Shown: positions 34,613 through 47,592, counted from the stretch's first letter. The stretch is DNA of 64,000 bases from the human T2T-CHM13v2.0 reference genome, Homo sapiens (GCF_009914755.1 NC_060946.1); one strand, 5' to 3'. Numbers and translations: made by a program. The notes: generated by a model from the letters alone, not told the origin.

Positions 34613-37444
34613 TAGGGAGGCAGGGCGAGCCCCACTCCTTTCCTCTGCCCCAGGAGAGGGGCAGACGGGGTTGGGGCGGAGTGGAGAAACTCGATGTCCT
34701 TGGGCGGGGGCGCTGGCATAGCTGAGAGGGGAAGATGCCCTGCAGAGGAAACTCACAGTGGCTGAGGGAGCCCCTGGCCGCCTTTGCTTTCCTAACTTAG
34801 GTCGTGAGGTTCCTACCGGTCCTTTTGACATCTGGAAAATGTCCCCATTCACTACTAACGGAGGAAGGGCTAGAAGAGAAGGGTGGGGAAAGGGTTCCCA
34901 AAACTTGGAATGCTAACTAAAGTGCTGGGAAATTGAATAGTTAAAAAAAAAAAAAAAAGTTGCCCGCCATGTGCACGGAAAGTTGCAGGAGAAACTTGGA
35001 GTACTCCGAGTCTGCATCATCTCCTGCGCCTATGAAATTCATTCTTTTCACTGAGACCCAACCCAGCTGCAGGCTTCCCAGGCAAGCGCTAACCGAGCTT
35101 CTGGGACTGCCAAGTTTGGGTGGATTTAAGGGGGAAAATGAGGAGAAAGCTGTGGCATTGACCCACGCCCTGGAGGCACTGTGTTTGAGAGTGTTGATAG
35201 CCAGCAGAAGGTGCGAGGGGTCACTCACCACATAGCTGTGAAAATTCACAGGAAGGCTATTTTTTTCCCCCTTGAATGTGTGTGGGGAGGGGGAGAATGG
35301 GTAGTGGAAAACAGATTTGTCACCAAAAGAACAAACCTGCCAAGGGTCACATCACGGTGACAGTTCCAGACTGGACTTAGTGTCTTGAGTAGAGAGACCC
35401 TGTAAAGAGACCTCCTACTCCTTAGTGTGTATGGAGGGCCCCGAGAGCATCCTGGGAGGCTTGTCTGGGAGTGTTTGGGACACTTGTGTTTGGATGGCTA
35501 AAGGTGGAGTGGCATCTGGGAAACATCTCTCTCCTCCTTTCCAGCCCATAAAGCGTGCAAGTCCAGTGGCTCTGCTGGGAGAGTGTGTGTGTGTGCACTG
35601 GGCTGGGCTGGGCGGTGGGGTGGGACAGCCTTGCCGCCCTCTGCCTGTGTCGATTCAGAGGTGAAGAATGGAGCGTGTGTGTTTTAAGTACAGTCATAAA
35701 GGAGAAGGAAATTTTCCACTGAGTCTTGGGTGAGGGACTCTACCAGCGTGTTGTGGTGAGGAGGGGGAGGAGGTAGGAGCTTGGCAGGGGAGGCAGTGAG
35801 GGCCGGGAGGGGCACTGCTGGTGGGCTGGGCTGAGCCTAGAGGTCAGAGTGGGGGTGTGGTGACCAGAATGTCAGTGCAGTTGGCAGCTGAGGGTGTTTG
35901 TGTGACCTGAGGTCACCCTTGTAAGAGGCTCCCTGGGGCCTGCATGGTACATCCTCCCCTCTCCTGGGGGAACCCAGCTGGCCCAGGATTTGTGGATTGC
36001 TTAGAAAGATCCTTTTGGGCAGCCTGAAGACTGGGGAGGGTTTTCCTCCCTCCTCCACCTCCACCCACATTCCACTTACCCTTTCCCTCCTCATCCCAGT
36101 TGGTAACATTCCCACCTGATTAGTGTGGGGAGTTGCTGCTGCAGCTGAGTTCTGGTTTTGCCCAGCAGGATCACACACGTGCGGCCAGGAGGCTGGCAGG
36201 TGGAATCAGGGTGTGCAGGGGTGCAGCCCAAGTCCTTTTCTGCTGGAAAATGGGCTGGGTGACTTCACTTGCGTTTTTTTGGTATGTAGTGGGAGTAGGT
36301 CCCCATTCTTCCCCCTTGCCCTTTGCTTTGGGGTTTCTACCCTAAAAATTGACCACGGAAAAGTGAAAACAAGCATGAGTAGATCCTGCTTCCAATGGGG
36401 GCCTTCCCGTCTGCTTACTGCTTAGGTTTCCTGCGGTGGGTCTGAGCAATGCAGAAAGTTTCTTACAATTTCTCTGGATTGAAACAAGAAATAGCTCCCT
36501 CGCTCCTCTTCATAAATTTCTCAGAGAAAATCTAAGTTACCAGGAAGTAGCCAAAGACCAGGAGATTGTGGAATCAAAAAGAAAAAAAGAAACAAAAAAT
36601 CTTCGATGCTCTGGCACGGATCCCAAATTGTTCTGCCTGGGTTTGGTGAGCTGCACTAGTGGCAGGGATGAGCTAATGCTTTTAAAATGGGAGGTGTGGG
36701 TGTGAGCTGCTTGCCTGCCGACCTCCCTCGCCTTGCACAGCACCCTGCTGGCGTCCAGTACTTGGCTCCCAAGTTTCATTGCTCAGAGCCTTTCTGGTTT
36801 CCAGTCTGGGTTGAAACTGTCTATTCTCGCCCTCAAACAAATATGAAGGAGCTCCCCATTCCTTGGGACCCACACAACCCCACCAGTCAACTTTGTAGCC
36901 CCCTAAAGGTGTTCACATCAGCCCATCAACTTCCTGTTTTAAAACCATCATGGTGGTTTTCTCTTCATGGCTTGGTGCCATGTTGGCCTAGCAAAAGGCA
37001 CAGGAGGCCTGGCCTGGTCCTCTCCGGGGGGCTGCCCGATGGCCTTTCCTCCTGTCTCTGCTCATCCACAGGTGTCTCTTTTTGTCTTTTTTCCCCAAAG
37101 TCCTAGGGCCTGGCATGGCATTCTGGGGGAGGAGGAGTTAAAAGGTGTTTCTATGGCAACTCCAGGCCCTGCACCCTATGGAAGTGTTTAGGAGAAGAAT
37201 AAACTACATGCCGGCTTATAAGACACACTGTGGGGGAAAGAAAGGGACTTGGCAGCAGGCAGGATGTCTGTGGTCCCCCTCCCTGGCCAGTCATTGCCCC
37301 TGAAACTCCTGACAAAACCTTGACTCTAGAAGAGGAATGGGAGGGGGCTGGAGATGAAGAAGGCGGCCTCGGCCCGGGCAAATCTGCCCTGGCAGCTCTG
37401 TCCAGCTCAGGAAGGGGTGGGCTGTGCCAAGGGCTTTCTGAAAA

Positions 37445-37479
37445 TGTGTGTGTGTGCGTGTGTGTGTGTGCGCGTGTGT
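37445..37479 (+). repeat. (TG/CG)n alternating purine-pyrimidine tract
   Basis: Read directly from the sequence. Confidence 0.9.
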
Positions 37480-38448
37480 GGCTTCTGCAAAGGTGGCTGG
37501 CAGGGCTGAGGGGGGTTGCAGCAGAGAAAGAGAATTTTGCTTCAGAATGCCAAGCCCTTCTCTCCTTCTCTCTTGCCGCCTTTGCATGGGAGGAATGGGG
37601 CTGTAGGATGAAGTGTGTTCGGGGCCTGCCTCTGAGCCTGTTGGGAATTTGAGCATGAGGCTCAGCTGGGGGGCCGGCTGCCAGCCCCAGAGGATGGCCC
37701 CTGGATAGCTCCAAATTGTTCTGACAGGGGCCAGTGCCAGCAGATTCTTTCAGTATCAGATCTGAGGTTGTCGTTTTAGCAAAGAAGCCATTTTCAAAGA
37801 AACCAGATCCATCCCCTCTCCCTCTTACACACAATTACACCTCAACACTGGGCTTTGCAACTTAAGGAAAATAGAAAGAATCAGACTTTGGAGAGGCGCC
37901 AGCACTTGGTAGGGCAAGTCTGGGGGACCCAGGCTGTGGATGTCTTGGAACCATGGAAGGAGGAGAGCTGCTATCCAGCTGGAGGAGGGAAGAGACATGT
38001 CTTAGGCCCCTCCTGGTTGCACGCACTTCCCAAATGCCATCTCTTTCACCCCCTCCCCCGACCCCCCACAGCAACCTTAAGAGTAGGTATTGCACCCATT
38101 TTTCAGATGGAAAACACTGAGGCTGAAGAGACTGTGCTTGTCCAAGGCCACCCAGTTGCTAAATGATAAAGCTAAAACGTATTATCAGTTATACCATGCT
38201 TCAAAAACCTTTCAACTTTCATTGACACATGACATTCTAAGGTGACCAGGAGATGGAATGGATGGTTAACATTTGAAGAATGCTTTTCTTCTACATCTGG
38301 GTTTTCTTTAAAAATATGAAGATAGCCAAAATGGCCAGAGGTTTTAATTAAACATCATCTTTAGGGAGGGAGAGCTTATTATTATTCTAGTGTATCATAG
38401 AGGAAAATTCTAATGTTCTTTGGCTATTAGATCTGGAAAAGACCCTTG

Positions 38449-38677
38449 AAACCATCAAGCCACAGTAATAAAAGGACTTGGTTTGTCTCACTGTGGCCCA
38501 AGGAGAAGTAAGGTTAATAGAGACAAGACATTTCAGGGCTTCAAGACTCTTCCCTTAAAGGTGGGATCAGTTAGGGCTCCCCAGTGGGAGGTACCCGGTC
38601 TGCCAGTGTGGTAGGAGGAAAGCCAGGGGGAGTCAGGAGACTGGGTCCCAGCTGGAGAAGGTGCCCCTCTGACAGTT
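38449..38677 (+). repeat. Long inverted repeat 1, left arm (donor)
   Basis: Reverse complement of 39487-39717; about 14 substitutions and 3 small indels. Confidence 0.96.
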
Positions 38678-39486
38678 CTGTGTCCCTTTCACAGTCCCTG
38701 GATAGATAAGGCTAGAAAAGTGGCCACAGAAGTAGCTTGGGTGGAGGGATTTTTGTTTGTTTTGCATGAACAGCAGGAACCATTCAGCTCCACTGCTGAA
38801 TGGCACATTCCAACAGGTTCATTAATTAAAAACAAAAACAACAACACGATTCTCCATCGCACTTGGCTTTTACCATTCCAGCCAGTATGGACAAGGAGGC
38901 CCCTTCTTCTACCTTTTGTCATAGTCTACTCCTGGGTGGCCTTGAGAGGCAGGGTGGAGTGGTGGAAAGGCAATGGGGAGGGCAGATCTGAGCTCCACTC
39001 CTTCCTCTGGGGCTTGTTGGCTGTGTGTGCCTAGGCACATATGGGCTACCTTTGAGCTTTAGTTTTCTTATTTATACAAGGGGAATAACAATTTGTACCA
39101 TCTTGGCCTGTTTTATCTATATTTTAAAAGCTACAAGTATATGAATACATTCTATGTCCATGTATGTATCTCTCTGTATATCTATGATATATCCATTTCT
39201 ATTTATCATTTATCATCTATCTATCTATCTCTCTATCTAAAATCGGAGAAGAGTAAAATCCTTTCTGATTACTTTTTCTAACTCTAGTCCCTTCTCCAAA
39301 TCCTTTTCTTCCTATACATTTACATACATAGGTATCCATAGCAAATTTATAGTAGTTTTTCCCTTAGAAACATGAATAGTAGAACATTAAACATCATGGA
39401 ATACCACATAATACCACATATAGTATTCTGCTTGTTTCCCATTCAACAATGCGTACTAGAGATCTTTCTACTTAATATATATATAA

Positions 39487-39717
39487 AACTGTCAGAGGAG
39501 CACCTTCTCCAGCTGGGACCCAGTCTCCTGACTGCCCCCCTGGCTTTCCTCCCACCACATTGGCAGACTGGGTAGCTCCCCCTGGGGACCCCTAACTCAT
39601 CCCCACCTTTAAGGGAAGAGTCTTGGAACCTTGAAATGTCTTGTCTCTATTAACTTTACTTCTCCCTGGCCACAGTGAGACAAACCAAGTCCTTTTATTA
39701 CTGTGGATTGATGGTTT
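39487..39717 (-). repeat. Long inverted repeat 1, right arm (inserted copy)
   Basis: Reverse complement of 38449-38677; flanked on both sides by (AT)n. Confidence 0.96.
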
Positions 39718-39722
39718 GGAGG

Positions 39723-39875
39723 ATATATATATATAAATATATAATATATAAATATATAATTTATATATAATATATAAATATATAATATATAAATATATAT
39801 TATATATAATATATATTATATATAATATATATATATTATATTTACATATATATTATATATATAATATATATATTT
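39723..39875. repeat. Interrupted (TA)n tract, about 150 bp and nearly all A/T
   Basis: Read directly from the sequence. Confidence 0.95.
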
Positions 39876-41681
39876 CTTTTATGTATTTCATGAGGTTATA
39901 ATTTTAAACAGCTAATAAGTATAGAGTGATTACTATGTGCCAGGCATTATTCTAAGTCATTAACTTACATTAACTCATTTAATTCTCTCAGTTTTATGAG
40001 GGAGGTGTGCTATTGTCATCTCCATTTTACAGCTGAGGAAACTGAGGCTTAGAAAAATGAGGTAACTCGTTTAAGGTTATACTGCTAGCAAGGAATACAG
40101 CCTGTATTTAAGCCCCTTCACCCTGGCTCTAAAATATATTTAACAACTATACTATAGGTCACATTATACCATATCATATTATATATACTACTACATACTC
40201 TTATATTATTATAATTATATAATATGCATTTTCAATTTTAATAGTTCCTGCCAATTTGGCCTCCACAGTGGCTGTGTTAACACAGTTCTTTTCATATATG
40301 CAACATGAGGGGATGGAGGAATGTTAGAGCCCTGTGCTTAAGAGACTCCCATGCTTCTCTCAAATAGAAAAACAATTTATAATTTTTATTGACTTACTGA
40401 GTGTTTTTTTTCCTTCTTTTTGTCTCTTTGAAAGGGAGCAAAATTAGGGCCACGAAGATCAAGTTAATGGGAGTATTTTCATAGGGAGAGGAAGGCTGCA
40501 ATGCCAGGAAAGCTGTGACCCTTGACTTGTTGCATGCTGGAGTAATTCGGTTGAAGATAGCTTTATGTATTTATTTTGCTTTCAGAATAAGCAGTGGACC
40601 ATTTATTACACCAAGTTGTTTGACTTTGAGGACTTACATGGACTCAGGTTCAAAGGTATATGTGGCTGTGTTTTGAACACACATACACAGGGTTTTGCTT
40701 TCTGACTCAAAGCTGTCCGCTGGCCAGGCTCATGGTGGCAGCAAGGGCACTCACTCATCTGTCTCCCTTCTTGTTGCCTATGGATGGCACTTGGGTGAGA
40801 GCAGTGGGATGGTCACAAGGAGGAGGATGGACTGCCGAGAGGGAGGCTGGGTGGACCCCAGCCAAGAAGGACGCTGGGGTCTCATTATTATGGGAGCTAG
40901 AAGGCCTGGTTTAGGAAAGAATTCCTGTTCTGATGAAAGCTCTTCAGTGGACTCTTAGGATAAAGTATCATCAAATGGCTTTTACAAGGGCCAGTGTGGA
41001 CCCTGCCTACCTCATCCTCATAGTCTCATCACTGGTCTGTCCTGCTCCAGCTGTTCATACTCTGTCTCTCTGGCTCTTGGCCCATGACACCCCCTCGGTT
41101 TTGAACAGTCCTCATTAACTTCTCATTCTCTAGGTCTCCTTTGGTTCCTTTCCCTGATCACTCCTTGGCATTGGTACAGACGAACAGTCATAAACCTTGC
41201 CCATATTTTAAGCATGCTGAAAAACACCATCTCTAGTAAAACCCAAATTCTCCAAAGCTGCATGGGAAACTCCCAGAGGGGATCATTCCTGCGCTGGGAG
41301 AAAGAACTTAGGGCTGCGTGCCACCCAGAGGGATAAACCTAACCCACTTTAGAGGGTAAGCACCCACTATGCTCTCTGCATTACTTGATAAGTCTAGTCC
41401 TGTCTTCTGGTGGACATGATACCCTAGCACCCTCCCAGAGAAGAAAGTGGAGATTTCTAAATGCCAACCCTGCAGGAGATCACAAACATAATACTGTAAT
41501 TTTCATAGTAAGTTTGGTGCCCTTACTATGTGCCAGGCACTGTACCAAGCTCCTTACTTGCCTATCAGTCATCCCAGCTGCCTGATGAGCTGTCTCAGGC
41601 TAGGGAAGCCAAATGGCTTGCCCAAGCTCACACCACTTGCAACCTATACTTGCTTAGCCTATCTCCAAAACCTGTGTTTCC

Positions 41682-41964
41682 AATCAGTCTCTCATATAGA
41701 CCAAGGGCTACAACTTTTTAGACTTGGGAAGATTCTACCCATTTTGCGACCTCTCCACATGAGTCTTTGGCTCCCCACTGTTGGGGTCCCCGTCAGTCTG
41801 CTTATCTTTGGTTTTCTTCCTCTCCAGACATGCCTTCCCTGCTGCCCCCAAATTTTATTACTGTATAGTCAGTTCTGGGATCCTAACATAACCAAGCCTT
41901 ACCTCCTAACCCAGTGCCCTTTCAACTCTCTCAGTGGTTCCCAGACTTTTCAACACTATGGAAT
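41682..41964 (+). repeat. Long inverted repeat 2, left arm (donor)
   Basis: Ungapped reverse complement of 43487-43769, 270/283 identical; also seen as near-identical ORF peptides at 41528+ and 43492-. Confidence 0.98.
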
Positions 41965-43354
41965 TTTTTAAAATTAATTTTTCCCTCCAATAAGTTCTGT
42001 GTTTGGAACAGTTATCCGACACAATTTCATGTGTTGAGTGTTGATTAACTTTCCATTAAAAAACAAATTAAAATATAACTAGAACTGCTGATACTAGCCA
42101 GTCATTATTCTGACACAATCAGCTAATATACTAATTAATTATAGCCGAAAGCAAGGACGGTTGGTGTTTTCATAAGCCTGGGAAGTTTTCTCATGGGTTC
42201 CTGGGTGATTGCATTGTCGGATTTGGGTTGGCTTACTGATATGCCTAAAATAGCTCCTGGCTTCTTTGGTATATCGCTGTCCTTTGCCCCTCCTGAGAAT
42301 CTTTAGTTTCATGCCAGCTTAGCATCTCTTCTCCCTGTGGGCAGGTCCCATGCATTTACTGCCATTGTCACTTCTCCCTGTTACCCACAGTGCTGCCACC
42401 ATGCCTGGGATAGACAGCAGGTAACTGATGTGTCCTAGTTGAGGTCCCTATCCTTTCAGAGGAGGTGACATGGGTTCAGATATTTTCCTATGTTCATGTC
42501 TGGCATCCAGGGGTACACAAAGTATTGATTCTAGCTAAAGGGACTTACTAAATACTGTTTGACAGGAGGCCCACAGGTGTCTATGTGGGCTGCAGTGGAA
42601 CTAAGAGGTCTTTTTGTTCAGCTGTTAAAAAATTAGTGTTTGTAGCTTCAGAGGGGCCCCAGAGAACCTTTCCTGACCCATTTAGAGGCCATCTGTGTGG
42701 CTAGGATGGCTTTGCTGTCACAGAAGGGACAGTCCACACTACCCAACACTCAAGTCTGATTTATGTTCATGTAAATCCGATCACCTAATGGTGGCATTCA
42801 CGGCTTGGAGACAAGAAACTATAAGTGTTTCCAAGCCTGCAGCCACCTGGCTTTTTGTGGGGGTGGGGAAGGGAAGGAAAGCTGTACGATCTGGCCTCAG
42901 AGAGCCCAAGGTAAAGTTCAGTTAGTGGAAAAACAGAGCCCTAGATGATTGGGCGGGGGGTGGGTACTGGGGAGTGGAGAGGGGAAGTCCTGAGCTGACC
43001 AAGCCTCCAAGAGCCATTCCGGAACTAGAGATCTTAAATACTACATGGTAATTATCCCCTCTGCCTCTGCCCATGAGGGTGTCAGGCACAGGGCCGCCTG
43101 GCTGCCTGCAGAGAAGAGCTGTTTCATTCAGAAACTTCAGAGCTCCTGCAATGCCTGGATTAGGATGTGGGGATGGTGAGTTTCGCAACCAGGGTCAGAT
43201 TTCATGAAGACTTGGTTTCGTGACTTGAGGTGTTTGACTAAGGTGTTTGCATCTCATGTATTTAGGAAGGGCTCCCTTTTGACTTAGACTTTATCATCAT
43301 GAATAAGCTCCCTGCCTTTTCGATTTGGAAACATGATAGCTCTAGTGAGCTCTG

Positions 43355-43800
43355 CTACTCCCAAGCTTGGGCAGGTTCTTTGCCTCAGTTTCCTCATCTC
43401 TAAAATGGGGGGAAATATATTATGTACCACGTGGTAACTTCATTGGCAATTAAGTGAAATACTTCATGGAATGTTTAGCACTAAATATTCCTTAGTGTTG
43501 AAAAGGCTGGGAACCACTGAGACAGTTGAAAGGGCACTGGGTTAGGAGGTAAGGCTTGGTTATGTTAGGATCCCAGAACTGACTATACGGTAATAAAATT
43601 TGGGGGCAGCAGGGAAGGCATGTCTGGAGAGGAAGAAAATCAAAGATAAGCAGACTGAGGGGGGCCCCAAAAGTGGGGAGCCAAAGACTCAGGTGGAGAG
43701 GTCGCAAAATGGGTAGAATCTTCCCAAGTCTAAAAAGTTGTAGCCCTTAGTTTATACAAGAGACTGATTCTTGGCACAGAATAGCTCAATAAGAATAAGC
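43355..43800 (+). mobile_element. MIR split by the right arm of inverted repeat 2 (one of dozens of MIRs in the window, not listed individually)
   Basis: Core TGCCTCAGTTTCCTCATCTCTAAAATGGGG before the insert; tail TTGGCACAGAATAGCTCAATAA after it. Confidence 0.8.
43487..43769 (-). repeat. Long inverted repeat 2, right arm (inserted copy, splits a MIR)
   Basis: Reverse complement of 41682-41964; MIR sequence resumes on both sides. Confidence 0.98.
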
Positions 43801-45789
43801 ATGAGCTTTTAGTAGTAGTGTTGTTATAGAGCAGAGCTGATATTCTCACTTCACTTTCGGTGAGGAAAATGGCGCTCTGTGGTGTGATGTGATGTTTTCC
43901 AGGGTCATATAGAGAGAGCTGAGTTTCAATTCAAAATCGTGGTTTGATCCCCCCGCCTCCAAATCTAATGTGTTCCATTTTGTCACAGTGCTTCCCACAG
44001 GGCAGAGAAAGAAACAACAAAGTTCCTACTCTATTTTCACAACTCTTCACATTTTAGAGTCTTAAGTCCATTTGATCTCATTTGATGACAACTTCGCAAC
44101 GAGGAAAGCAGGATGGTGATTGGGGGGTCGGTCATAGTTCGTAGTTAGTGGATGTCAGTATTGAGAATGGCGGGGTTCTGTGGCTTAGCCATATAGCCAA
44201 TACATGGAATGGGATTGGAACCCATGTCTTCTGAGGGCAAGCCCAACACTTGTCAAGGATCTGGTGCTGCCCTTCCCTCTTTAGACAGCTCCCATTGATA
44301 AGCAGAGGTAGAAGTCACTAGGGTAGCCAAAGAGAGGGCCCTAGAAATGGAATGGTGACAATGAACTTGGCTGAAGAGTCAGCAACCGCTCCCCTATCCA
44401 CTGCCAGGGCTAGGAGGTGCAGTGTGGCATGGAGGAGGAGCACTGGCTGGAGTTAGGAGGCCTAAGGTCTAGTCCTAGTTCATCATCTGACTCTGGAGTC
44501 CCCTTGGTGATACTGACCTCCCTGGGTTTGGTCTCTTATCTGTAAAACAGCAGGATATTGGCTCTATGTGGTGTGTATTTCACTGAATGCCTACTATGGT
44601 CAAGTTTTTCTGGCTCTAAGTTCCCTTGGAAAGGGCTCTCTACTTTAGCTGAATAACTCAGCACCTAAATCTGTCAACCACACCCTTCAGTAGGTAACTT
44701 TGTTAGAAATATGGTCTATTAAGGTAAGAGCCAGGATTTCTGTGGTTGCAAAAGTGGATGCGGGCTCTGAACAAAACCTCTAGTGAGCTGAGATACTTTA
44801 TCAGATGACATATTTGACCACCAAACTTCTGTTGGAGCAGGGCTGATTTGCCAAACAGACAGCAACCTTGCAGACTTAGTCGATGGCTAGAATTAAGACT
44901 CAAGGTCACTTCAGGGCCTGTCACTGATTGTGGGAGGGCTTGGTAAAAATTGAACCTCATTAACACCACTGAAGAAGCTGATAGACAAGAAATGGGATTA
45001 AGACTCAATACTCATCAAAATAAGGCTTTCCTTATCCACAGCCTACCTGAGCAGTGCCTCACTCTGGAAAATGTGGTTCATGGCTCGGCTCAAACATTTT
45101 CTGTTGCTGAGAGGACTTCTCTCATGGAAGTCTGGCTCAGATGAACACATGTGTGATCTGATGGAACCTTTGTTTAAGTGAATGAGGAGGGTATTTGGAA
45201 GACTTAGATCAAACGTGTGCCCCATTGGGCAGTCACTATCTGCTCCCCTGACAGGGAGAAACCCCAGTGACAGGATAGAAAGCTCCAAAGATCCTGAGGA
45301 AGTTTGGAAGGTCAAACTTCACCACTGCAAGGACTGAGAGATCCAAGAATCTCAGAATCCAGGTTGGTCTCCAGGGTGCAGTTCTGAACAAATGAGTGCA
45401 GTGGATAAAAAGCTTATACTTAAGGTGGGAAGGTGGGTGTGGGTTCCAGTTCCTTCTTTGGCTGATTCTCTTTTGGCCTGGATTTCCTCACTTGTCATCC
45501 ATGCCATGTCACAAACCCAGTGCCTACAGGGACCAGGCACAGAAGCTGGATATTTGAGTATCAGACATATTGGAATATTACTCACTCCTACCAAATATGT
45601 TTATGGTTCCCCATTCTCTTGGTTTCCATTTTGGAGAGCTAAACAGGTACTAAAAATGATTTCTTTATTATAAGACAAGCAATAAAACAGTGGGCAAGTG
45701 TGATGATAAACAGCATCTGAGCTTTGGCTTTGGAGTTGGGGAGACAATAGAGAGTGGCAGTAACTGTGGTGAACCGTACAGTCCAGGTC

Positions 45790-45914
45790 CCTTCTGGAGG
45801 GGACAGCTGCTGTCCAGCTCCAGCCTATCAGGATGTGAGTCTAGTGATGCCAGATTTCCAGTCTCTTAGGACAAGCAAGAAATCCAAATTTTTAATGTAA
45901 CATCTTCTGAAAAG

Positions 45915-45965
<51 letters not shown>

Positions 45966-46027
45966 GACCAAACAAAACATGTCCATGGGCCAGATTCAGC
46001 CTTGTGGGTCACCAGTTTTGTGATCTG
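45790..46027. mobile_element. MER102-like hAT element carrying the (CA)n; a second copy at about 15770-15960
   Basis: CCAAACAAAACATGTCCATGGGCCAGATTCAGCC. Confidence 0.6.
45917..45962 (+). repeat. (CA)n microsatellite, about 23 units
   Basis: Read directly from the sequence. Confidence 0.97.
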
Positions 46028-46532
46028 GAATCCATTTTATTTCTAGAATCTCCTTTCAATTCTCGGATCTCTGAGTGAGTAACACCCAATTTTTTTTTTT
46101 TTGGCAAAATGTGTCCTGCATTTCCCACACTTTCTGAGCTGGAGCACAGGTTCTGGAGTTAGACCACTTGGCTCAAACCTTGGCCTCGTTCATGGCTAGT
46201 TGCCTGTCCCTGGACAAGTTAATTCCCTGGTCTCATTTTTCCTATCTGTAAAATGGAGTATGCAATAATAGTACTCTTAACCTCATAGGTTGTGGAAGAA
46301 TTCACAGACACAATGGAAATAAAAGGCCTGGCTCATTGCCTGGCATGTAGTAAGGACCTGATAAATGTCAGCCATCATATTATTACTACATGGTATTACT
46401 GCCTCCCCTTAGATGGGAGCCAAGTCTTGCTCACCAGCTCATTGTCTGATGTTAGTAGGCATTCAATAAAAGTATCATGAATGAATAAGAACATTTGAGA
46501 AAGACAGCATTCCAGCCTTTCCAGGCAATACT

Positions 46533-46533
46533 C

Positions 46534-46592
<59 letters not shown>

Positions 46593-46731
46593 AGAAAGAA
46601 AAGAAAGAAAGAAAGAAAGAAAACAAAGAAAGGAAAGAAAGAAAAAAAAAGAAAGAAAGAAGGAAAGAAAGAAAGAGGGAGGGAGGGAGAGAGGGAGAGA
46701 GGGAAGGAAGGAAGGAGAGAGAGAGAGAGAC

Positions 46732-46769
<38 letters not shown>

Positions 46770-46852
46770 GAAGAAAGGAAGAAAGAAAGAAAGGAAGAAA
46801 GGAAGAAAGAAAGAAAGAGAAAGAAAGAGAGAAAGAAAGAAAGAAAGAAAGA
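46533..46852 (+). repeat. Compound (GT)n(GA)n(GAAA/GGAA)n microsatellite
   Basis: Read directly; about 290 bp of almost pure purine. Confidence 0.96.
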
Positions 46853-47309
46853 GATTGGTTTGAAACATTGGGAGCTGAGCTTAATGAGAAAAGGCCATTC
46901 CTAACTGCTAAGCTACCGTATTAAACAGTGGCAAGTACCTTGGAAAATAAAACAGAAACCACTGCCCATCTTTTTCTAACGGAGAAAGACAAGAGATGGC
47001 TTGACCAGAGTGGAGATTTAGAACTTCAGGTGCTGATAAATATGGTAACATCATGGGGTGCTTTGGCAGCTGGATAGATTTTATTTATTCAGGGCTCCTT
47101 TAAGCCAGAGGAGATTCCTGGAGGCTGCTAAAATAGAATGCTCCACCTGGATAGTTAACATCTGGATTTTATTTTGTTTCAAAAAGTTAATTACAAATAG
47201 TTCGAATTCCTTCTGGTATCCCTCTGAGAAGAGTTTCTTACTGGGTGGCTCACAAGCGGGGAGACAGAAAGGGAAAAAAACTAGATTGATATTGCTCAGG
47301 AGAAACAGG

Positions 47310-47592
47310 ATTGTGGCTACACGTGAGCCATGTATGCAATTTTGAATTTTCCCATAGTCATGTTTAAAAAAACGAGGAAAAAGTGAAATTAATTTTAATA
47401 CTAAACCCAATATGTATAAAATATGACCATTTCAATATGTAATCAATTTTACACTTATTAATAAGATCTTAATATTTTTAAAATTAAGTTTTTGACATCC
47501 ATTATGTATTTTACACTCATAGCATATCTCAGTTTGGACTAGTTGCGTTTCAGCTACCTGTGGTTAGTGGCCGCCATGTTAATACTACAGCA
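47310..47592. mobile_element. MER33-like hAT-Charlie MITE
   Basis: GTGAAATTAATTTTAATA...TTTCAATATGTAATCAAT...CATATCTCAGTTTGGACTAG. Confidence 0.72.

Noticed and set aside
41528-43707. Near-identical peptides in ORFs 41528..41971(+) and 43492..43707(-) as paralogous genes
   Set aside because: A by-product of inverted repeat 2; no gene structure or protein similarity recognised.
41682-43769. Inverted repeats 1 and 2 as terminal inverted repeats of a DNA transposon
   Set aside because: No TSD at the outer ends, no transposase, and only one arm of each pair interrupts older sequence, which indicates one-sided copying.
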